Assembly (NCBI RefSeq): GCF_022846255.1
Contig: NZ_AP025682.1
DNA: 64,000 nucleotides
Source: Escherichia coli
GTDB taxonomy: Bacteria > Pseudomonadota > Gammaproteobacteria > Enterobacterales > Enterobacteriaceae
Direction: 5' to 3' (one strand)
Program-made: the position numbers and the translations under genes
Shown here: positions 1 to 15,701 of the stretch, piece by piece
Position numbering within the stretch: position 1 is the stretch's first letter
How the letters are laid out: each line of letters opens with the position of its first letter
Notes under the pieces: generated by a model
What the model was told of the DNA's origin: nothing
The model's database searches: none
What the model saw: only the letters and a program-made list of their open reading frames with translations

Positions 1-752
1 GGCGGTGTGCCAAAGGCGTAAGCGATATCACTGGTCACGACATTGCCAGCATAAGGAATTACCTTCGTGTGGCGCAATGCCCCACCGGTATAAACGGCGA
101 TATCCATTGTACCACCACCGATATCGACAACGCAGACACCCAGTTCACGTTCATCTTCCGTCAATACCGAATAACTTGATGCCAGTCCGGCAAATATCAG
201 TTGGTCAACTTTCAGCCCACAACGTTCAACCGCTTTGACGATGTTTTTCGCCATATCGTTGTGACATGTGATCAGGTGCACTTTTGCCTGCATCCGCACG
301 CCCGAAAGTCCTACCGGATTCTTGATCCCTTCCTGATAGTCAATCGCATACTCTTGCGGGATCACATGCAGCACACGATGCTCATCGCGCACACGCACCG
401 ATTTCGCGGTATGGACGACGTTTTCCACATCTTCTTGCGTCACTTCTTCTTCAGAAATAGGCACCATACCAATTTCATTCTGGCAGCTGATGTGCTTACC
501 AGAAAGCGCCAGATATACCGAAGAGATCTGACAATCTGCCATCAATTCTGCCTGGTCAATGGCGCGTTGTACGCACTTGACCACGGATTCGAGGTCGTTC
601 ACCCCGCCTTTATCCATACCACGCGACGGGCAGCTGCCCACGCCAATGATATTGACCATACCGTCGGGCAGAACTTCCCCTACTAAAGCGGCAACCTTCG
701 CGGTACCAATCTCCAGTCCTACTACCAGTTTTCTGTCCGTCGCCTTGATCAT
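1..752 (-). CDS. ftsA: Cell division protein FtsA, N-terminal part (3' end lies beyond window start)
   Basis: Minus-strand frame open to window edge; ATG at 750-752 overlaps the ftsQ stop (ATGA); translation begins [25 protein letters not shown], matching FtsA. Confidence 0.9.
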   Translation of the reverse strand, partial: MIKATDRKLVVGLEIGTAKVAALVGEVLPDGMVNIIGVGSCPSRGMDKGGVNDLESVVKCVQRAIDQAELMADCQISSVYLALSGKHISCQNEIGMVPISEEEVTQEDVENVVHTAKSVRVRDEHRVLHVIPQEYAIDYQEGIKNPVGLSGVRMQAKVHLITCHNDMAKNIVKAVERCGLKVDQLIFAGLASSYSVLTEDERELGVCVVDIGGGTMDIAVYTGGALRHTKVIPYAGNVVTSDIAYAFGTP

Positions 753-1579
753 TGTTGTTCTGCCTGTGCCTGATTTTGTTGCTGAGTAGATTCCTCTGGC
801 GGCAAGGGCGCCCAGCCTACTGCCGCTCCAGAGTCATAACGCAAATCAACGTAGCTAATCCGTTTGCCATCGGTTTGCGCCTGCTGCTGTAAAACCGGAT
901 AAAGTTCTACAAAGCGAGCCAAACGTTTCATCGTATCGCCCCGGCCAAGATTGAGCTTAATATCGTTATTCAGCGTCAACTGCCAGGAACGCCGCGCGGT
1001 CATCGCCGCTTCCTTCAGAGTAAATCTGTCCTTTGCCAGCATCTGCCCCATTTCGCGATAGCCCTGCAACACTTCATTGGCGCTGCCTTCCGGGCCATAC
1101 AGCATTGGAAGCACCTGCTTGCTGGTGCGATCTGGCGGCACGCTGAAGGTGTTTCCTTCCGCGTCTACCATATGTTGATCATTCCACCGCGCAATCGGCA
1201 CATATTCAACCAGATGAATCTTCAATTCATCAGGCCACTGCTTTCTGACGCTCACCTGCTTAATCCACGGCAGGCGTTGTTCTATTTGCGTCTGGATGAT
1301 GTTGACATCCTGGGTCATAAAGGTACCTGGCTCACCCAATGCCAGGATCGACTGCCGGATATCGTCATTACGCGTGTAATGGCGTTCACCGGTCAACACC
1401 AGCTTTGAGAGCGGCAGGCGTTGCGCATCTTCCATCCAGCCCAACACGACCCAGCCGCTCACCAACACTGTCGTTAAAACGGTCAGCAGGAAAAGGATCC
1501 CCGCCAGACGCGTTCCATTATTGCGGCGAGAAGAAACCTCTTCTTCGCTATTTCGCGTGTTCAGAGCAGCCTGCGACAT
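749..1579 (-). CDS. ftsQ: Cell division protein FtsQ
   Basis: Track ORF, 276 aa; full-length match to FtsQ as recalled; position between ddlB and ftsA. Confidence 0.96.
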   Translation of the reverse strand: MSQAALNTRNSEEEVSSRRNNGTRLAGILFLLTVLTTVLVSGWVVLGWMEDAQRLPLSKLVLTGERHYTRNDDIRQSILALGEPGTFMTQDVNIIQTQIEQRLPWIKQVSVRKQWPDELKIHLVEYVPIARWNDQHMVDAEGNTFSVPPDRTSKQVLPMLYGPEGSANEVLQGYREMGQMLAKDRFTLKEAAMTARRSWQLTLNNDIKLNLGRGDTMKRLARFVELYPVLQQQAQTDGKRISYVDLRYDSGAAVGWAPLPPEESTQQQNQAQAEQQ

Positions 1580-1580
1580 A

Positions 1581-3969
<2,389 letters not shown>

Positions 3970-4022
3970 TCTTTACGCCATTAACTTCTTAAATTCATAC
4001 GATGCAAAAGGCATCGCTACAA

Positions 4023-5090
4023 TTACGCCCGGGCAGCCCGGCTCACTTCATTTGCCACTCGCTCGGTGGCATCCGGAATGGATGCAGCGCGGGCGCGTTC
4101 TGCCATGGTTAATAAGGTTTCTCGCGACCACCCGGCCAGGGTGTTGGCGACAGCATCCACGCTAAGCTGTGACTGCTCGATAATTTTGGCAGCGCCCGCT
4201 TTTTCCAGCGGTAGCGCATTCCAGTATTGCTGACGGTCTTTATGTTGAAACGGCACAAACAACGCCGGTAGTCCTGCCGCGGCGATTTCACTCACCGTTA
4301 ACGCACCGGAGCGGCAAACGACGACATCCGCCCACGCATACGCCGCCGCCATATCATCAATAAATTCCGTCACTTTATGCTGCGGTTGCCCCGCTTCGGC
4401 ATATGCCTGTTCAACGGTTTGTTGCGAACCTTTGCCGCTCTGATGCCAGATAGTGACTGAATCACCCAGTTTCGCAGCAACCTGCGGCATTGTCTGGTTA
4501 AGAATGCGTGCGCCCTGGGAACCACCCACTACCAACACACGAACCGGACCTTCACGTCCAGCCAAACGTTGCTGCGGCAACGGCAGCGCCAGCACATCGG
4601 TACGCACCGGGTTACCCACCACTTCCGCATTAGGAAAAGCACCTGGAAACGCCTGCATCACTTTGGTAGCAATCTTCGCCAGCCATTTATTGGTTAAGCC
4701 CGCAATACCGTTTTGTTCATGAAGTACAACCGGAATGCCTAACGACCACGCGGCCAGACCACCTGGACCTGATACATAGCCGCCCATACCGAGCACCACG
4801 TCAGGTTTGTACGCTTTCATAATCGCCCGCGCCTGACGCCAGGCGTTGAAGATACGCAGCGGCGCAGCTATCAGTGCTTTTATACCTTTACCACGCAGAC
4901 CAGAGATACGAATGAAATCAATTTCGATGCCATGTTTTGGCACTAAGTCCGCTTCCATACGGTCGGCAGTCCCCAGCCAGCGAACTTGCCAACCCTGAGC
5001 CATTAGATGGTGCGCAACCGCCAGCCCCGGGAATACATGTCCACCGGTTCCGCCTGCCATCACCATTAATCGCTTCCCTTGACCACTCAT
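4023..5090 (-). CDS. murG: Lipid II N-acetylglucosaminyltransferase MurG
   Basis: Track ORF, 355 aa, [29 protein letters not shown]... Confidence 0.96.
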
Positions 5091-6331
5091 CGTGAACCTC
5101 GTACAAACGCCTGCGCTTTCTCCAGACGCGTTTCATAATCAATACGCAACAGCATCATGATGGCTGTCGACATAATCAGTAAGCTCGAACCACCGTAACT
5201 GATCAGCGGCAATGTCAGACCTTTGGTCGGTAACATCCCCGCCGCCGCGCCTACGTTAACCAGCGCCTGGAAACTAAACCAGATACCAATAGAACAGGCG
5301 AGAAAACCGGAAAAACGGTGGTCAATTTCTAATGCTTTGCGGCCAATCGACATCGCGCGAAAAGCGACGAAGAATACCATTAAAAGTGCCAGCACCACAC
5401 CGACATACCCCAGTTCTTCGCCGATAATGGCGAAAATAAAGTCAGTATGCGCTTCCGGCAGATACTCCAGTTTTTGTACCGAGTTACCTAAACCTTGTCC
5501 CCACAGTTCACCGCGACCAAACGCCATCAACGATTGCGTTAACTGATAGCCGCTGCCAAAGGGATCTTCCCACGGATTCCAGAATGCGGTAACACGGCGG
5601 ATACGGTACGGTTCGGCGAGGATCAGCAACACAACCGCTGAAATGCCCATACCGATAATGGCAATGAACTGCCACAATTTCGCTCCCGCCAGGAACAACA
5701 TCGCCAGCGTAGTCACAAACAACACCACCACCGTACCAAGGTCTGGCTGTGCCAGCAGTAACACTGCCAACACCAGAATTACGCCCATCGGTTTCAGGAA
5801 GCCGCGCAGGTTATTACGTACTTCGTCGCCTTTACGCACCAGATAGTTGGCGATATAGCAAAACAGCGACAGTTTTGTCAGCTCCGCAGGCTGAATACGC
5901 AGCAAACCGAGATCGATCCAACGCGATGCCCCTTTAACAGAGCTACCCACTACCAGAACGATCATCAACAGGATGATTGAACCGAGTAGCATCGTAGCGC
6001 TGTAACGTTGCCAGAACTCCATCGGCAGACGCAGCGTAATGATCGCCAGAATGAACGCCAGGATCAGGTAGACGCCATCACGCTTAGCGAAGAAAAAGGG
6101 ATCGTTAGTCAAGCGTTGTCCGATAGGCATTGATGCGGACGTCACCATGATAAAGCCGATCGCCGCGAGGCCGAAGGTCAGCCACAGTAAGGTGCGATCG
6201 TACATGATCAGGCTGTCGGTATCTTTTTCCCGCGAGCCCATCACCCAGCCCTTTAGCGCCGTGGAGATCCAGACCAGAATACTGAATCCTGGCAGGCGCG
6301 GCATTTTCAGGCGAGGAAGAGATAAACGCAT
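5087..6331 (-). CDS. ftsW: Peptidoglycan glycosyltransferase / lipid II flippase FtsW
   Basis: Track ORF 5087..6334 ([10 protein letters not shown]...); trimmed to second ATG to give the 414-aa FtsW start MRLSLPRLK; stop/start overlap with murD; multi-pass membrane protein. Confidence 0.93.
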
Positions 6332-7647
6332 CAACCTAACTCCTTCGCCAGACGGGCAAACTCATTGCCTCGTTGTTCAAAGTTCTTGAATTGATCAAGG
6401 CTGGCACAGGCCGGGGAGAGCAGAACCATATCTCCTGGTTGAACACGCGGAGCCAGCAAGCGCATCGCCTGTTCCATGGTTTCGGTTTGTTCTGCCACTT
6501 CCGGGCGCAGTGCCGCCAGCTGTGCGCCGTCACGACCGAAACAATACAAACGTACGTTATCGCCATTCAGGTAACGTGCCAGCGGACTAAAGTCCGCCGA
6601 TTTACCATCGCCGCCCAGCAACAAATGCAGCGTGCCATCTACGTGCAGGCCATTGAGCGCCGCTTCCGTACTGCCGACATTGGTCGCTTTCGAGTCGTTA
6701 ATCCAGCGCACACCGTTATGTTCCAGCACCACTTCAAAGCGATGCGGCAAACCAGTGAATGTAGTTAACGCTTTCAGGCTACTGGCGCGTGGCAAACCAG
6801 CTGCGTCTGCCAGCGCCAGTGCCGCCAGCGCATTGGTGTAGTTATGCTGACCGGAAAGCTTCATCTCTTTCACGTTCAACACTTTCTCGCCTTTCACCCG
6901 CAGCCAGGTTTCACCCTGCTGATGATTCAAGTGATAGTCGCCCATATTGATACCAAAGCTAACGCAGCGTTCATCCGCACCGCGAATCGGCATTGTTAAG
7001 GCATCATCAGCATTAACCACGCAAATTTTTGCGTTTTCGTAAATGCGCAGTTTTGCTGCACGATACTGTTGTAAACCAAACGGATAGCGATCCATATGAT
7101 CTTCTGTCACGTTCAGAATGGTCGCTGCCACCGCCTGTAAACTGGAGGTGGTTTCAAGCTGGAAGCTCGACAGCTCCAGCACGTACAGTTCGCACTCATC
7201 ATCCAGCAGCATCAACGCAGGCAGGCCAATATTGCCACCCACACCAACGTTAACCCCCGCCGCTTTCGCCATTTCACCCACTAGCGTGGTGACCGTGCTT
7301 TTGCCGTTAGAACCGGTGATCGCCACAATCGGTGCTTGTGCTTCGCGGCAGAATAGCTCGATATCGCCAACGATTTCGATTCCGGCATCAGCGGCAGCGC
7401 TTAAGGATGGATGCGCCAGTGCAATACCGGGACTGGCGACAATCAGATCGGCCGCCATCAGCCATTCATCATTCAGACCGCCCGTGTGGCGTTCTACGGC
7501 TTCGGGTAATTTATCCAGGCCAGGCGGTGTCATACGCGTATCCATAACGCGCGGCGTCACACCGCGAGCGAGGAAAAAGTCCACGCAAGAAAGCCCGGTG
7601 AGGCCCAGGCCGATAATGACGACATTTTTACCCTGGTAATCAGCCAT
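6331..7647 (-). CDS. murD: UDP-N-acetylmuramoylalanine--D-glutamate ligase
   Basis: Track ORF, 438 aa, [18 protein letters not shown]... Confidence 0.96.
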
Positions 7648-7649
7648 GA

Positions 7650-8732
7650 TTAACGTACCTTCAGCGTTGCCAGACCAATCAGGACCAGCATCAGCGAAAT
7701 AATCCAGAAACGTACAATGACGCGCGGTTCCGGCCAGCCTTTCAGTTCATAGTGGTGATGAATCGGTGCCATGCGGAAAATACGTTGTCCGCGCAGTTTA
7801 AAGGAGCCGACCTGCAAAATAACCGACAGGGTTTCAACGACAAACACGCCGCCCATAATCACCAGCAGGAATTCCTGACGCAGCAGTACGGCGATAATGC
7901 CCAGCGCGCCACCTAACGCCAGCGAACCTACATCGCCCATAAAGACCTGCGCCGGATAGGTGTTAAACCACAAGAAGCCCAGCCCTGCCCCGACTATCGC
8001 GGTACAGACAATGACCAGTTCCCCGGCGTGTCGCAGATACGGTATGTGTAAATAGCTGGCAAAATTCATGTTGCCGGTTGCCCATGCCACCAGCGCAAAA
8101 CCACCGGCGACGAATACAGTCGGCATAATCGCCAGGCCATCAAGACCATCGGTCAGGTTTACCGCGTTGCCGGTGCCCACAATGACGAAGTAAGCCAGCA
8201 GAATGTAGAACAGCCCCAACTGCGGCATCACATCTTTAAAGAACGGGACCACCAGCTGCGTTGCAGGCGTGTCTTTCCCGGCAAGGTACAAAGCAAAAGC
8301 AACACCCAGCGCAATAACCGACATCCAGAAATACTTCCAGCGAGCAATCAACCCCTTGGTGTCTTTACGCACTACTTTGCGATAGTCATCAACGAAGCCA
8401 ATAACACCGTAACCGACCAGCACGACCAACACGCACCAGACATACGGGTTGGACGGGTATGCCCACAGCAGCACGGAGATCACAATCGCCGTCAGGATCA
8501 TAATCCCGCCCATGGTCGGCGTACCGCGCTTGCTGAAGTGTGATTCAGGACCGTCGTTACGCACCACCTGACCAAAGGAGAGTTTTTGTAAATGAGCAAT
8601 CATGCGCGGGCCCATCCACAATGAGATGAACAGCGCAGTCAGCAGGCTGACGATGGCGCGAAACGTCAGATAGGAAAAGACGTTAAAGCCGGAATAATAT
8701 TTGACCAAATGTTCGGCCAGCCAAACTAACAT
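7650..8732 (-). CDS. mraY: Phospho-N-acetylmuramoyl-pentapeptide transferase
   Basis: Track ORF, 360 aa, hydrophobic multi-pass protein; dcw synteny. Confidence 0.96.
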
Positions 8733-10084
8733 GTCCCATTCTCCTGTAAAGCGCGTACTACCTCTTCCATGGCAGCACTACGTGAACCCTTAACTAAAAT
8801 CGTAATTACCTGTTGCTCAGCAATCAGTGATTTAAGACGTGTGATAAGCGCAGTTTTATCGGCAAAATGTTCGCCAATGCCGCTGGCGGTACTGATAGCA
8901 TGGCTTTGTTTACCCACACTTAACACACGGTCAATACCCGCCGCCTTCGCCGCTTCGCCCACCTGTACATGGCAGGCCTCGCTTTCAGCGCCCAGTTCCG
9001 CCATATCGCCCACCACCAGCACACGGTAGCCCGGCATTTCAGCCAGTACCTGAACAGCGGCGGTCATGGAGCCGACGTTAGCGTTGTAGGAGTCGTCGAG
9101 CAGCAACTGATTTTCCGCCAGTTGAATGGGGAACAGACGGCCAGGAACAGCTTTCAGATTTGCCAGCCCCGCTTTAATAGCATCAAGCGTTGCGCCCACG
9201 GACATGGAGAGCGCAGCGGCTGCCAGCGCATTCGCAATATTGTGACGCCCCGGCAACGGCAGCAGAACATCGACGCTACCCGTTGGGGTTTGCAGCGTAA
9301 ATTCCGTACCGTGCGAGGTCACGTGGATATTGGTGGCGGTGAAATCGCTGTTGTTAGCATTCGGTGAGAAGCGCCACACTTTGCGTGAGCCAATCACACT
9401 CTGCCAGTTCAGCCAGTCGTTGTTGTCGGCATTCATAATGGCGATACCGTTTTCCGGCAGACCGGTAAAGATTTCGCCTTTCGCTTTCGCGACCCCCGCA
9501 AGCGAGCCAAAACCTTCCAGATGCGCCGCCGCCAGATTGTTGACCAGCGCCGCTTCCGGGCGAGTCAGACTCACAGTCCAGGCAATTTCACCCTGATGGT
9601 TTGCACCAAGCTCAATAACTGCGTAATCGTACTCTGGCGTTAAGCGCAACAGCGTCATCGGTACACCGATGTCGTTGTTGAGATTGCCTGCCGTATAAAG
9701 CGTGTTGCCACACTGGCTTAAAATCGCTGCCGTCATCTCTTTAACGGAGGTTTTGCCGGAGGAACCGGTCAGAGCAACCACGCGCGCCGGAACTTGCTGG
9801 CGAACCCATGCAGCCAGTTCACCAAACGCCAGACGAGTATCCTTGACGATTACCTGCGGCAGATCGATATCCAGCGGACGGCTGACCAGTAGTGCGCCCG
9901 CGCCGCCAGCTTTCGCCTGGTCGGCAAAATCATGAGCATCGAAACGTTCGCCTTTCAGGGCAACAAACAGGCAGCCCGGCGTCAGTTTTCGCGTGTCAGT
10001 GGTTACAGCATCAAGGGTGATATCTGCACCTTGCAGTTCACCGTTGAGAATATCGGTAAGTTGGCTAAGGGTTACGCTAATCAT
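8726..10084 (-). CDS. murF: UDP-MurNAc-tripeptide--D-alanyl-D-alanine ligase
   Basis: Track ORF, 452 aa; Mur ligase P-loop GSSGKTS. Confidence 0.96.
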
Positions 10085-11568
10085 GCAATCACCCCCAGCA
10101 GACGCGCCACCGTGACGCGATCGGAGTAGTCCAGACGCTGATTGCCAACAATCTGGTAATCCTCATGACCTTTGCCCGCGACCAGTACCACATCATTCTC
10201 TTTAGCCTGCATAACGGCGCAAGTCACCGCTTCAGCACGGCCTTCCATCACTTTGGCATGTCCGGCATCTAACATTCCCGCCAGAATATCGTTGATGATG
10301 GCACGCGGTTCTTCGGTACGCGGGTTATCGTCCGTTACCACCGCCACGTCAGCGAACTCTTCAGCAATTGCGCCCATCAGTGGACGTTTGCCTTTATCAC
10401 GATCGCCACCACAGCCAAAGACGCACCACAGCTTGCCCGCACAGTGCAGGCGCGCCGCCTGTAAGGCTTTTTCCAGTGCATCCGGCGTATGCGCGTAATC
10501 CACCACTACCGTCGGTTTGCCTGGCGCAGTGAACACTTCCATACGTCCACAAACCGGCTGCAGGCGTGCGGCAGTTTTCAGCAGGTCAGCCAACGGATAG
10601 CCCAGCGCCAGCAGCGTCGCCAGCGCCAGCAGCAAGTTGCTGACGTTAAAAGCGCCCATCAGATGGCTTTCAATTTCGCCATCGCCCCAGCTTGAGCTAA
10701 AGCGAATCGTCGCACCGCTGTCGTGATAGTTCACTTCTGTCGCTTTCAACCAGCGTCCGTGACAGTTCGGATTGATATGATCTTCCATTGATACCGCAAC
10801 CGCGTCCGGCAGTTTTGCCAGCCAGCGGCGGCCCACTTCATCGTCGGCGTTAATAATCGCCTGACCGCAATGATGCTCAGAATAAAGCAGCCATTTCGCG
10901 GCTTCGTAGTGTTCCATATCACCATGATAATCAAGGTGATCGCGGCTTAAGTTGGTAAAGACCGACGCCGCAAATTTCAATGCCGCCACACGGTGCTGTA
11001 CCAGTCCGTGGGAGGAAACTTCCATTGCGCAAAAAGTCGCGCCCTGATCCACCAGCCCCGCCAGCTCATGCTGAACATCGACTGCCGAACCGGTGGTATT
11101 TTCTGTCGGGATCACTTTCCCCAGCAGGCCGTTACCAACGGTGCCCATTACCGCGCTGGTTTCGCCAAGCAGTTGGCTCCACTGTGCCAGCAGCTGGGTC
11201 GTCGTGGTTTTGCCGTTGGTGCCCGTTACGCCTACAAGACGTAAATTGTCAGAGGGTTCATGGTAAAAGCGGCCCGCCAGTGCAGATAAACGCTCGTTGA
11301 GCTGGCTGAGATAGATGACCGGTACGCCGTGCATTTCACGGATTTCACCGTCGGTCGCCTCATCTTTCGCCTCTGCAATAATGGCAGCCACACCTTGCGC
11401 TATCGCCTGCGGGATATATCGACGCCCGTCCGCCTGATGACCTACTACAGCTACAAAGAGATCGCCCGCCGCAGCCACACGGCTGTCGAGTGTCATCTCT
11501 CGCAGTGCTCGCGAAGGTGCGTCTGGCACCCACGGAGCAAGAAGGTCGCGCAAATTACGATCTGCCAC
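10081..11568 (-). CDS. murE: UDP-MurNAc-L-Ala-D-Glu--meso-diaminopimelate ligase
   Basis: Track ORF, 495 aa; GTNGKTTTT motif; 4-nt overlap with murF. Confidence 0.96.
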
Positions 11569-13321
11569 CTGTCCCCTCGCCTTGATTAATCACAAATTCA
11601 TTTTTATCGCCCGTTGTCAGCGCATCCGGTTCAATGTTCATGGTACGCAATACGCCGCCCATGATGGCACCAAAGACCGGCGCGGAAACGGCGCCGCCGT
11701 AGTATTTACCCGCCTGCGGATCGTTGATAACAACAACCAGCGCGAAGCGCGGCTGACTCGCAGGCGCAACGCCTGCGGTATAAGCAATATATTTATTGAT
11801 GTAGCGACCATCCGGCCCGACCTTTTTCGCGGTACCGGTTTTAATGGCGATACGATAGCCTTTAATCGCCGCCTTCACGCCGCCGCCGCCCGGTAGCGCC
11901 ACGCTTTCCATCATATGCACCACGGTGCGAACAATGGATTCCGGGAAGACTCGTTCACCGGGAACCGGGGGGTCAACTTTGGTAATCGACAGTGGGCGAT
12001 AAATGCCGTAGCTGCCGATAGTTGCGTAGACTCGCGCTAACTGTAACGGTGTTACCATTAGCCCGTAGCCGAAAGAGAAGGTGGCCCTCTCTATGTCAGA
12101 CCACCGTTGTTTTTGAGGATATAAGCCACTGCGTTCTCCGACCAACCCCAAATTGGTCGCTTTTCCCAGTCCAAAACGTGAGTAAGTATCTACTAACGCT
12201 GAGGACGGCATCGCTAACGCCAGCTTGGAAACACCGACGTTACTCGACTTCTGTAATACCCCGGTCAGGGTTAATTCGCTGTAGCGTGCCACGTCTTTGA
12301 TTTCGTGGCCGTTAATTCGATAAGGAACGGTATTCAGTACCGAGTTTTCCCGCACTACGCCACGTTGCAACGCGGTCATCACCACCATCGGTTTAACCGT
12401 TGAACCCGGTTCAAACACGTCAGTGATGGTACGGTTACGCATCGCCTCTTTCGGCGTGCCACTCAGATTGTTTGGGTTGTATGACGGGCTGTTAGCCATC
12501 GCCAGCACTTCACCGGTGTTGACATCCACCAGCACGGCGCTACCAGATTCAGCTTTGTTAAAGGCCACCGCGTTGTTCAGTTCGCGATAAACCAGCGCCT
12601 GCAGGCGTTCATCAATACTCAGCGCCAGGTTGTGCGCCGCCTGACTGTCGGTGGAAGAGATATCTTCAATTACGCGACCATAGCGGTCTTTACGCACAAT
12701 GCGCTCACCCGGCTGCCCGGTAAGCCATTTATCGAAACTCTTCTCGACACCCTCAATCCCTTGGCTATCGACGTTAGTAAAGCCGATGAGGTGAGCGGTC
12801 ACTTCGCCGGATGGATAATAACGGCGAGATTCTTCACGCAGATGAATCCCCGGCAGTTTCAGTTTTTTGATGTACTCTGCCATGTCAGGGTTTACCTGAC
12901 GCGCCAGATAAATAAAGCGCCCTTTCGGGTTGGCGTTAATGCGGGCTGAAAGCTGATCCAGCGGAATGTTGAGTGCGTTAGCCAGCGCCTTCCAGCGATC
13001 ACCGACGCTGATACCGCCAGCGTCATGCACTTCTTTCGGGTCAGCCCAAATCGCTTTAACCGGCACGCTCACCGCTAACGGGCGACCAGAACGGTCAGTA
13101 ATCATGCCGCGGGAGGTGGAAACTTGCTGAACGCGAAGAGAACGCATGTCGCCCTCTTTCACCAGCATATCCGGGGAGATAACTTGTAACCACGCTACGC
13201 GTCCGAGCAGAAAAGCCAGCGCCAGGAGAATACAGCCGCATAACAACGCAAAACGCCAACTGATAAAGTTGGCATGTTCTTCCTGACGTTTTGGTTTCTG
13301 CGTTTTCGCCGCTGCTTTCAT
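11555..13321 (-). CDS. ftsI: Peptidoglycan D,D-transpeptidase FtsI (PBP3)
   Basis: Track ORF, 588 aa; STVK and KTG penicillin-binding motifs present in translation. Confidence 0.96.
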
Positions 13322-13336
13322 GCGTCGCGTTTATCC

Positions 13337-13702
13337 TTATTTTTGCACTACGATATTTTCTTGTGACGGATCAACATGCTGCATTTGCAGCTTTTCCGTG
13401 GCGATCCTTTCCACCCGGCTATGGTCGCCGAGCGCATTCTCTTCAAGGATCAGGTTGCGCCATTCAATGTCTAAAGCATCTCGCTCCAGCACCAGTTGTT
13501 CGCGCTGAGCGGTCAGTAAACGGGTATGGTGCGCCGTGGTTACCACGGTCACCGCCGTCAAAATAATGCAAATGAACAGGCAGAGTGGCAGCTTCCCAAA
13601 TCGCAAAAGATCGTCACCGATAACACCAGGCAATGCATGGCGCTCGTGGCTTCCCATCGATCCTTTAACTTTGCTTAGAGCTTCTGTCACTCTGCTGATC
13701 AT
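13337..13702 (-). CDS. ftsL: Cell division protein FtsL
   Basis: Track ORF, 121 aa, single TM segment, between rsmH and ftsI. Confidence 0.95.
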
Positions 13703-14640
13703 GCGTTCGTCCTCTCTGCAATACGCAGAACTGAACTACGGGCACGAGGGTTCTCAGCCACCTCTTCTTCGCCCGGCATTAACTTGCCTAGTGCTCGCAG
13801 CTGACGGCCACCCAGTTTTTTGAGCTGCTCTTCAGTCATCGGTAACCCTGCCGGAACTTGCGGACCACGGCTGTTTTCACGCATAAAGCGTTTCACAATG
13901 CGGTCTTCCAGCGAGTGGAAGCTGATGATCGAAAGCCGCCCACCCGGGGCCAGCACGTTGAGCGAGCTTTTTAGCGCCTGCTCTATCTCCTCCAGTTCAC
14001 TGTTTACCCAAATGCGCACCGCCTGGAAGGTACGGGTCGCGGGATGTTTAAACTTATCTTTCACCGGCGTTGCGGCAGCAACGACTTCCGCTAGTTCTTT
14101 GGTGCGGGTCATCGGTTGTTCGCGGTTTCGCTCGACAATGGCGCGGGCAATGCGTTTGGCGAAACGCTCTTCACCATAGGTTTTCAATACCCAGGCGATA
14201 TCGGCTTCTTCTGCGGTTTGTAGCCATTCAGCGGCTGACTGCCCACGGGTCGGGTCCATACGCATGTCCAGCGGACCATCACGCATAAAGGAAAAGCCGC
14301 GTTCAGCATCATCAAGTTGCGGTGAAGAGACGCCAAGATCGAGGAGAATGCCGTCGATCTTGCCGATAAGATCGCGCTCGGCAACGTATTCGCCCAGCGC
14401 GGAGAAAGGTCCGTGGATGATGGAGAAGCGCGGATCATCAATAGTCTTCGCAACGGCGATAGCCTGCGGGTCGCGATCGATCGCCAGCAAACGCCCCTCT
14501 TCGCCAAGCTGCGAGAGGATCAGACGTGAGTGACCACCGCGACCAAAAGTCCCATCAATGTAGATGCCATCAGGACGGATATTGAGGCCATTAACGGCTT
14601 CATCCAGCAGCACCGTAGTATGTTTATAGTTTTCCATCAT
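13699..14640 (-). CDS. rsmH: 16S rRNA (cytosine1402-N4)-methyltransferase RsmH (MraW)
   Basis: Track ORF 13699..14769 trimmed to internal ATG-ATG giving [16 protein letters not shown]... (313 aa), the known RsmH N-terminus; the upstream extension would overlap mraZ. Confidence 0.92.
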
Positions 14641-14641
14641 T

Positions 14642-15100
14642 TTATAGAGACAAGTCCTGCAGTCGCTCCGATAAGTCTCCAGTAGCCAACTGCTCTGCGT
14701 CGATATCTTCCTTGACCTGTTGATGCCAGGTTGTTTCATCCCACAGCTCAAACTTGTTGAACTGTCCAACCAGCATCACTTCTTTTGTCAGCCCGGCATG
14801 TTGCCGCAGTACTGGCGCGATTAACAATCGACCTGCGCCATCCATCTGACATTCGCTGGCATGACCTAACAGTAGGCGCTGCACACGGCGCTCAACCGGG
14901 TTCATGCTCGACAGACGCGATAATTTTTGCTCGATAATTTCCCATTCAGGCAGGGGGTAAAGCAGCAGGCACGGGTGATGAATGTCAATGGTGCAAACCA
15001 TTTGACCGGCAGCGTTCTCAAGCAGCTGTTCCCGATAACGGGTAGGCACTGATAAGCGCCCTTTGCTGTCGAGATTGACTAACGTTGCTCCCCGGAACAT
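14642..15100 (-). CDS. mraZ: Transcriptional regulator MraZ
   Basis: Track ORF 14642..15136 trimmed to [19 protein letters not shown]... (152 aa). Confidence 0.92.
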
Positions 15101-15119
15101 GCCAGCCTCACCCCTTATT

Positions 15120-15144
15120 CCCACTTTGCCCCACAATTTCCCAC
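15120..15144 (-). promoter_or_regulatory. Three direct GTGGG repeats at 10-bp periodicity just upstream of mraZ (candidate MraZ operator / Pmra region)
   Basis: Plus strand shows CCCAC three times at about 15120, 15130 and 15140; this matches the known MraZ binding architecture. Confidence 0.6.
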
Positions 15145-15701
15145 TGAAAGGAGTTTACGGAGCGGAGGAAAAGCTTGTCAAGCCAGTCACAAGGCATACC
15201 GAGGTAAAAAACCCGATGTTTACGGCTAATATCAGCGTTGTTTATTTTACGTCCAACGTGCGAAGCAAATTAACGTTATGAATAGCTGTAAGAAAAAATC
15301 CCTCATCGTCATCACCGTTTTAAAATGACTCACTATTTTCCACAGCAAATATAAAGTGTCAGTTTGCGACGCGAGCGGCATTTTAGGACATATCTTCCCC
15401 GGTTAACAGTCCCTGTTGCGTCTGTGTGGCGCTTGATGCCAGCGGGTTTGCGCAAAAGCAAAGAAAAGTGTTTGTTAAATCGGCAATTCATCTCTGCATG
15501 TAACAAAATAATGCAAAAACGCGCTATCGATATCACTTAATTATTGTGAATTTCAGCTGGTGAGGTAATTAACGGGCAGGTTTAAAAGCATTTATCAATA
15601 ATAGCCAGGAATAGTCTTATTTACTTTAAGGATATTGATGTCCATTCCCGTACTCAACGCGCCAGAGAGAAATTCACCTGGCGCGTATTTTTGTTCGCGG
15701 C

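Noticed and set aside
201-686. 161-aa plus-strand ORF at the window start
   Set aside because: Antisense to the ftsA coding sequence, whose minus-strand translation matches the FtsA N-terminus
13699-14769. N-terminally extended track ORFs (rsmH, mraZ, ilvI, ilvH, leuO, leuD, sgrR, thiB, thiQ, araC, djlA, apaG, folA, kefC, fixA, ftsW, sgrT)
   Set aside because: The track takes the most upstream in-frame start; I trimmed each to the start that reproduces the known protein N-terminus and avoids overlap with the upstream gene
15333-15536. 67-aa minus-strand ORF in the cra-mraZ spacer
   Set aside because: No convincing Shine-Dalgarno, Cys/Arg-rich low-complexity product, lies in a known promoter-containing intergenic region; not called
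15661-15700. Hairpin CGCGCCAG...CTGGCGCG just downstream of the cra stop as an intrinsic terminator
   Set aside because: On the cra (minus) strand it is not followed by a clear U-tract, and the T-run is on the opposite strand where no gene ends; too ambiguous to call
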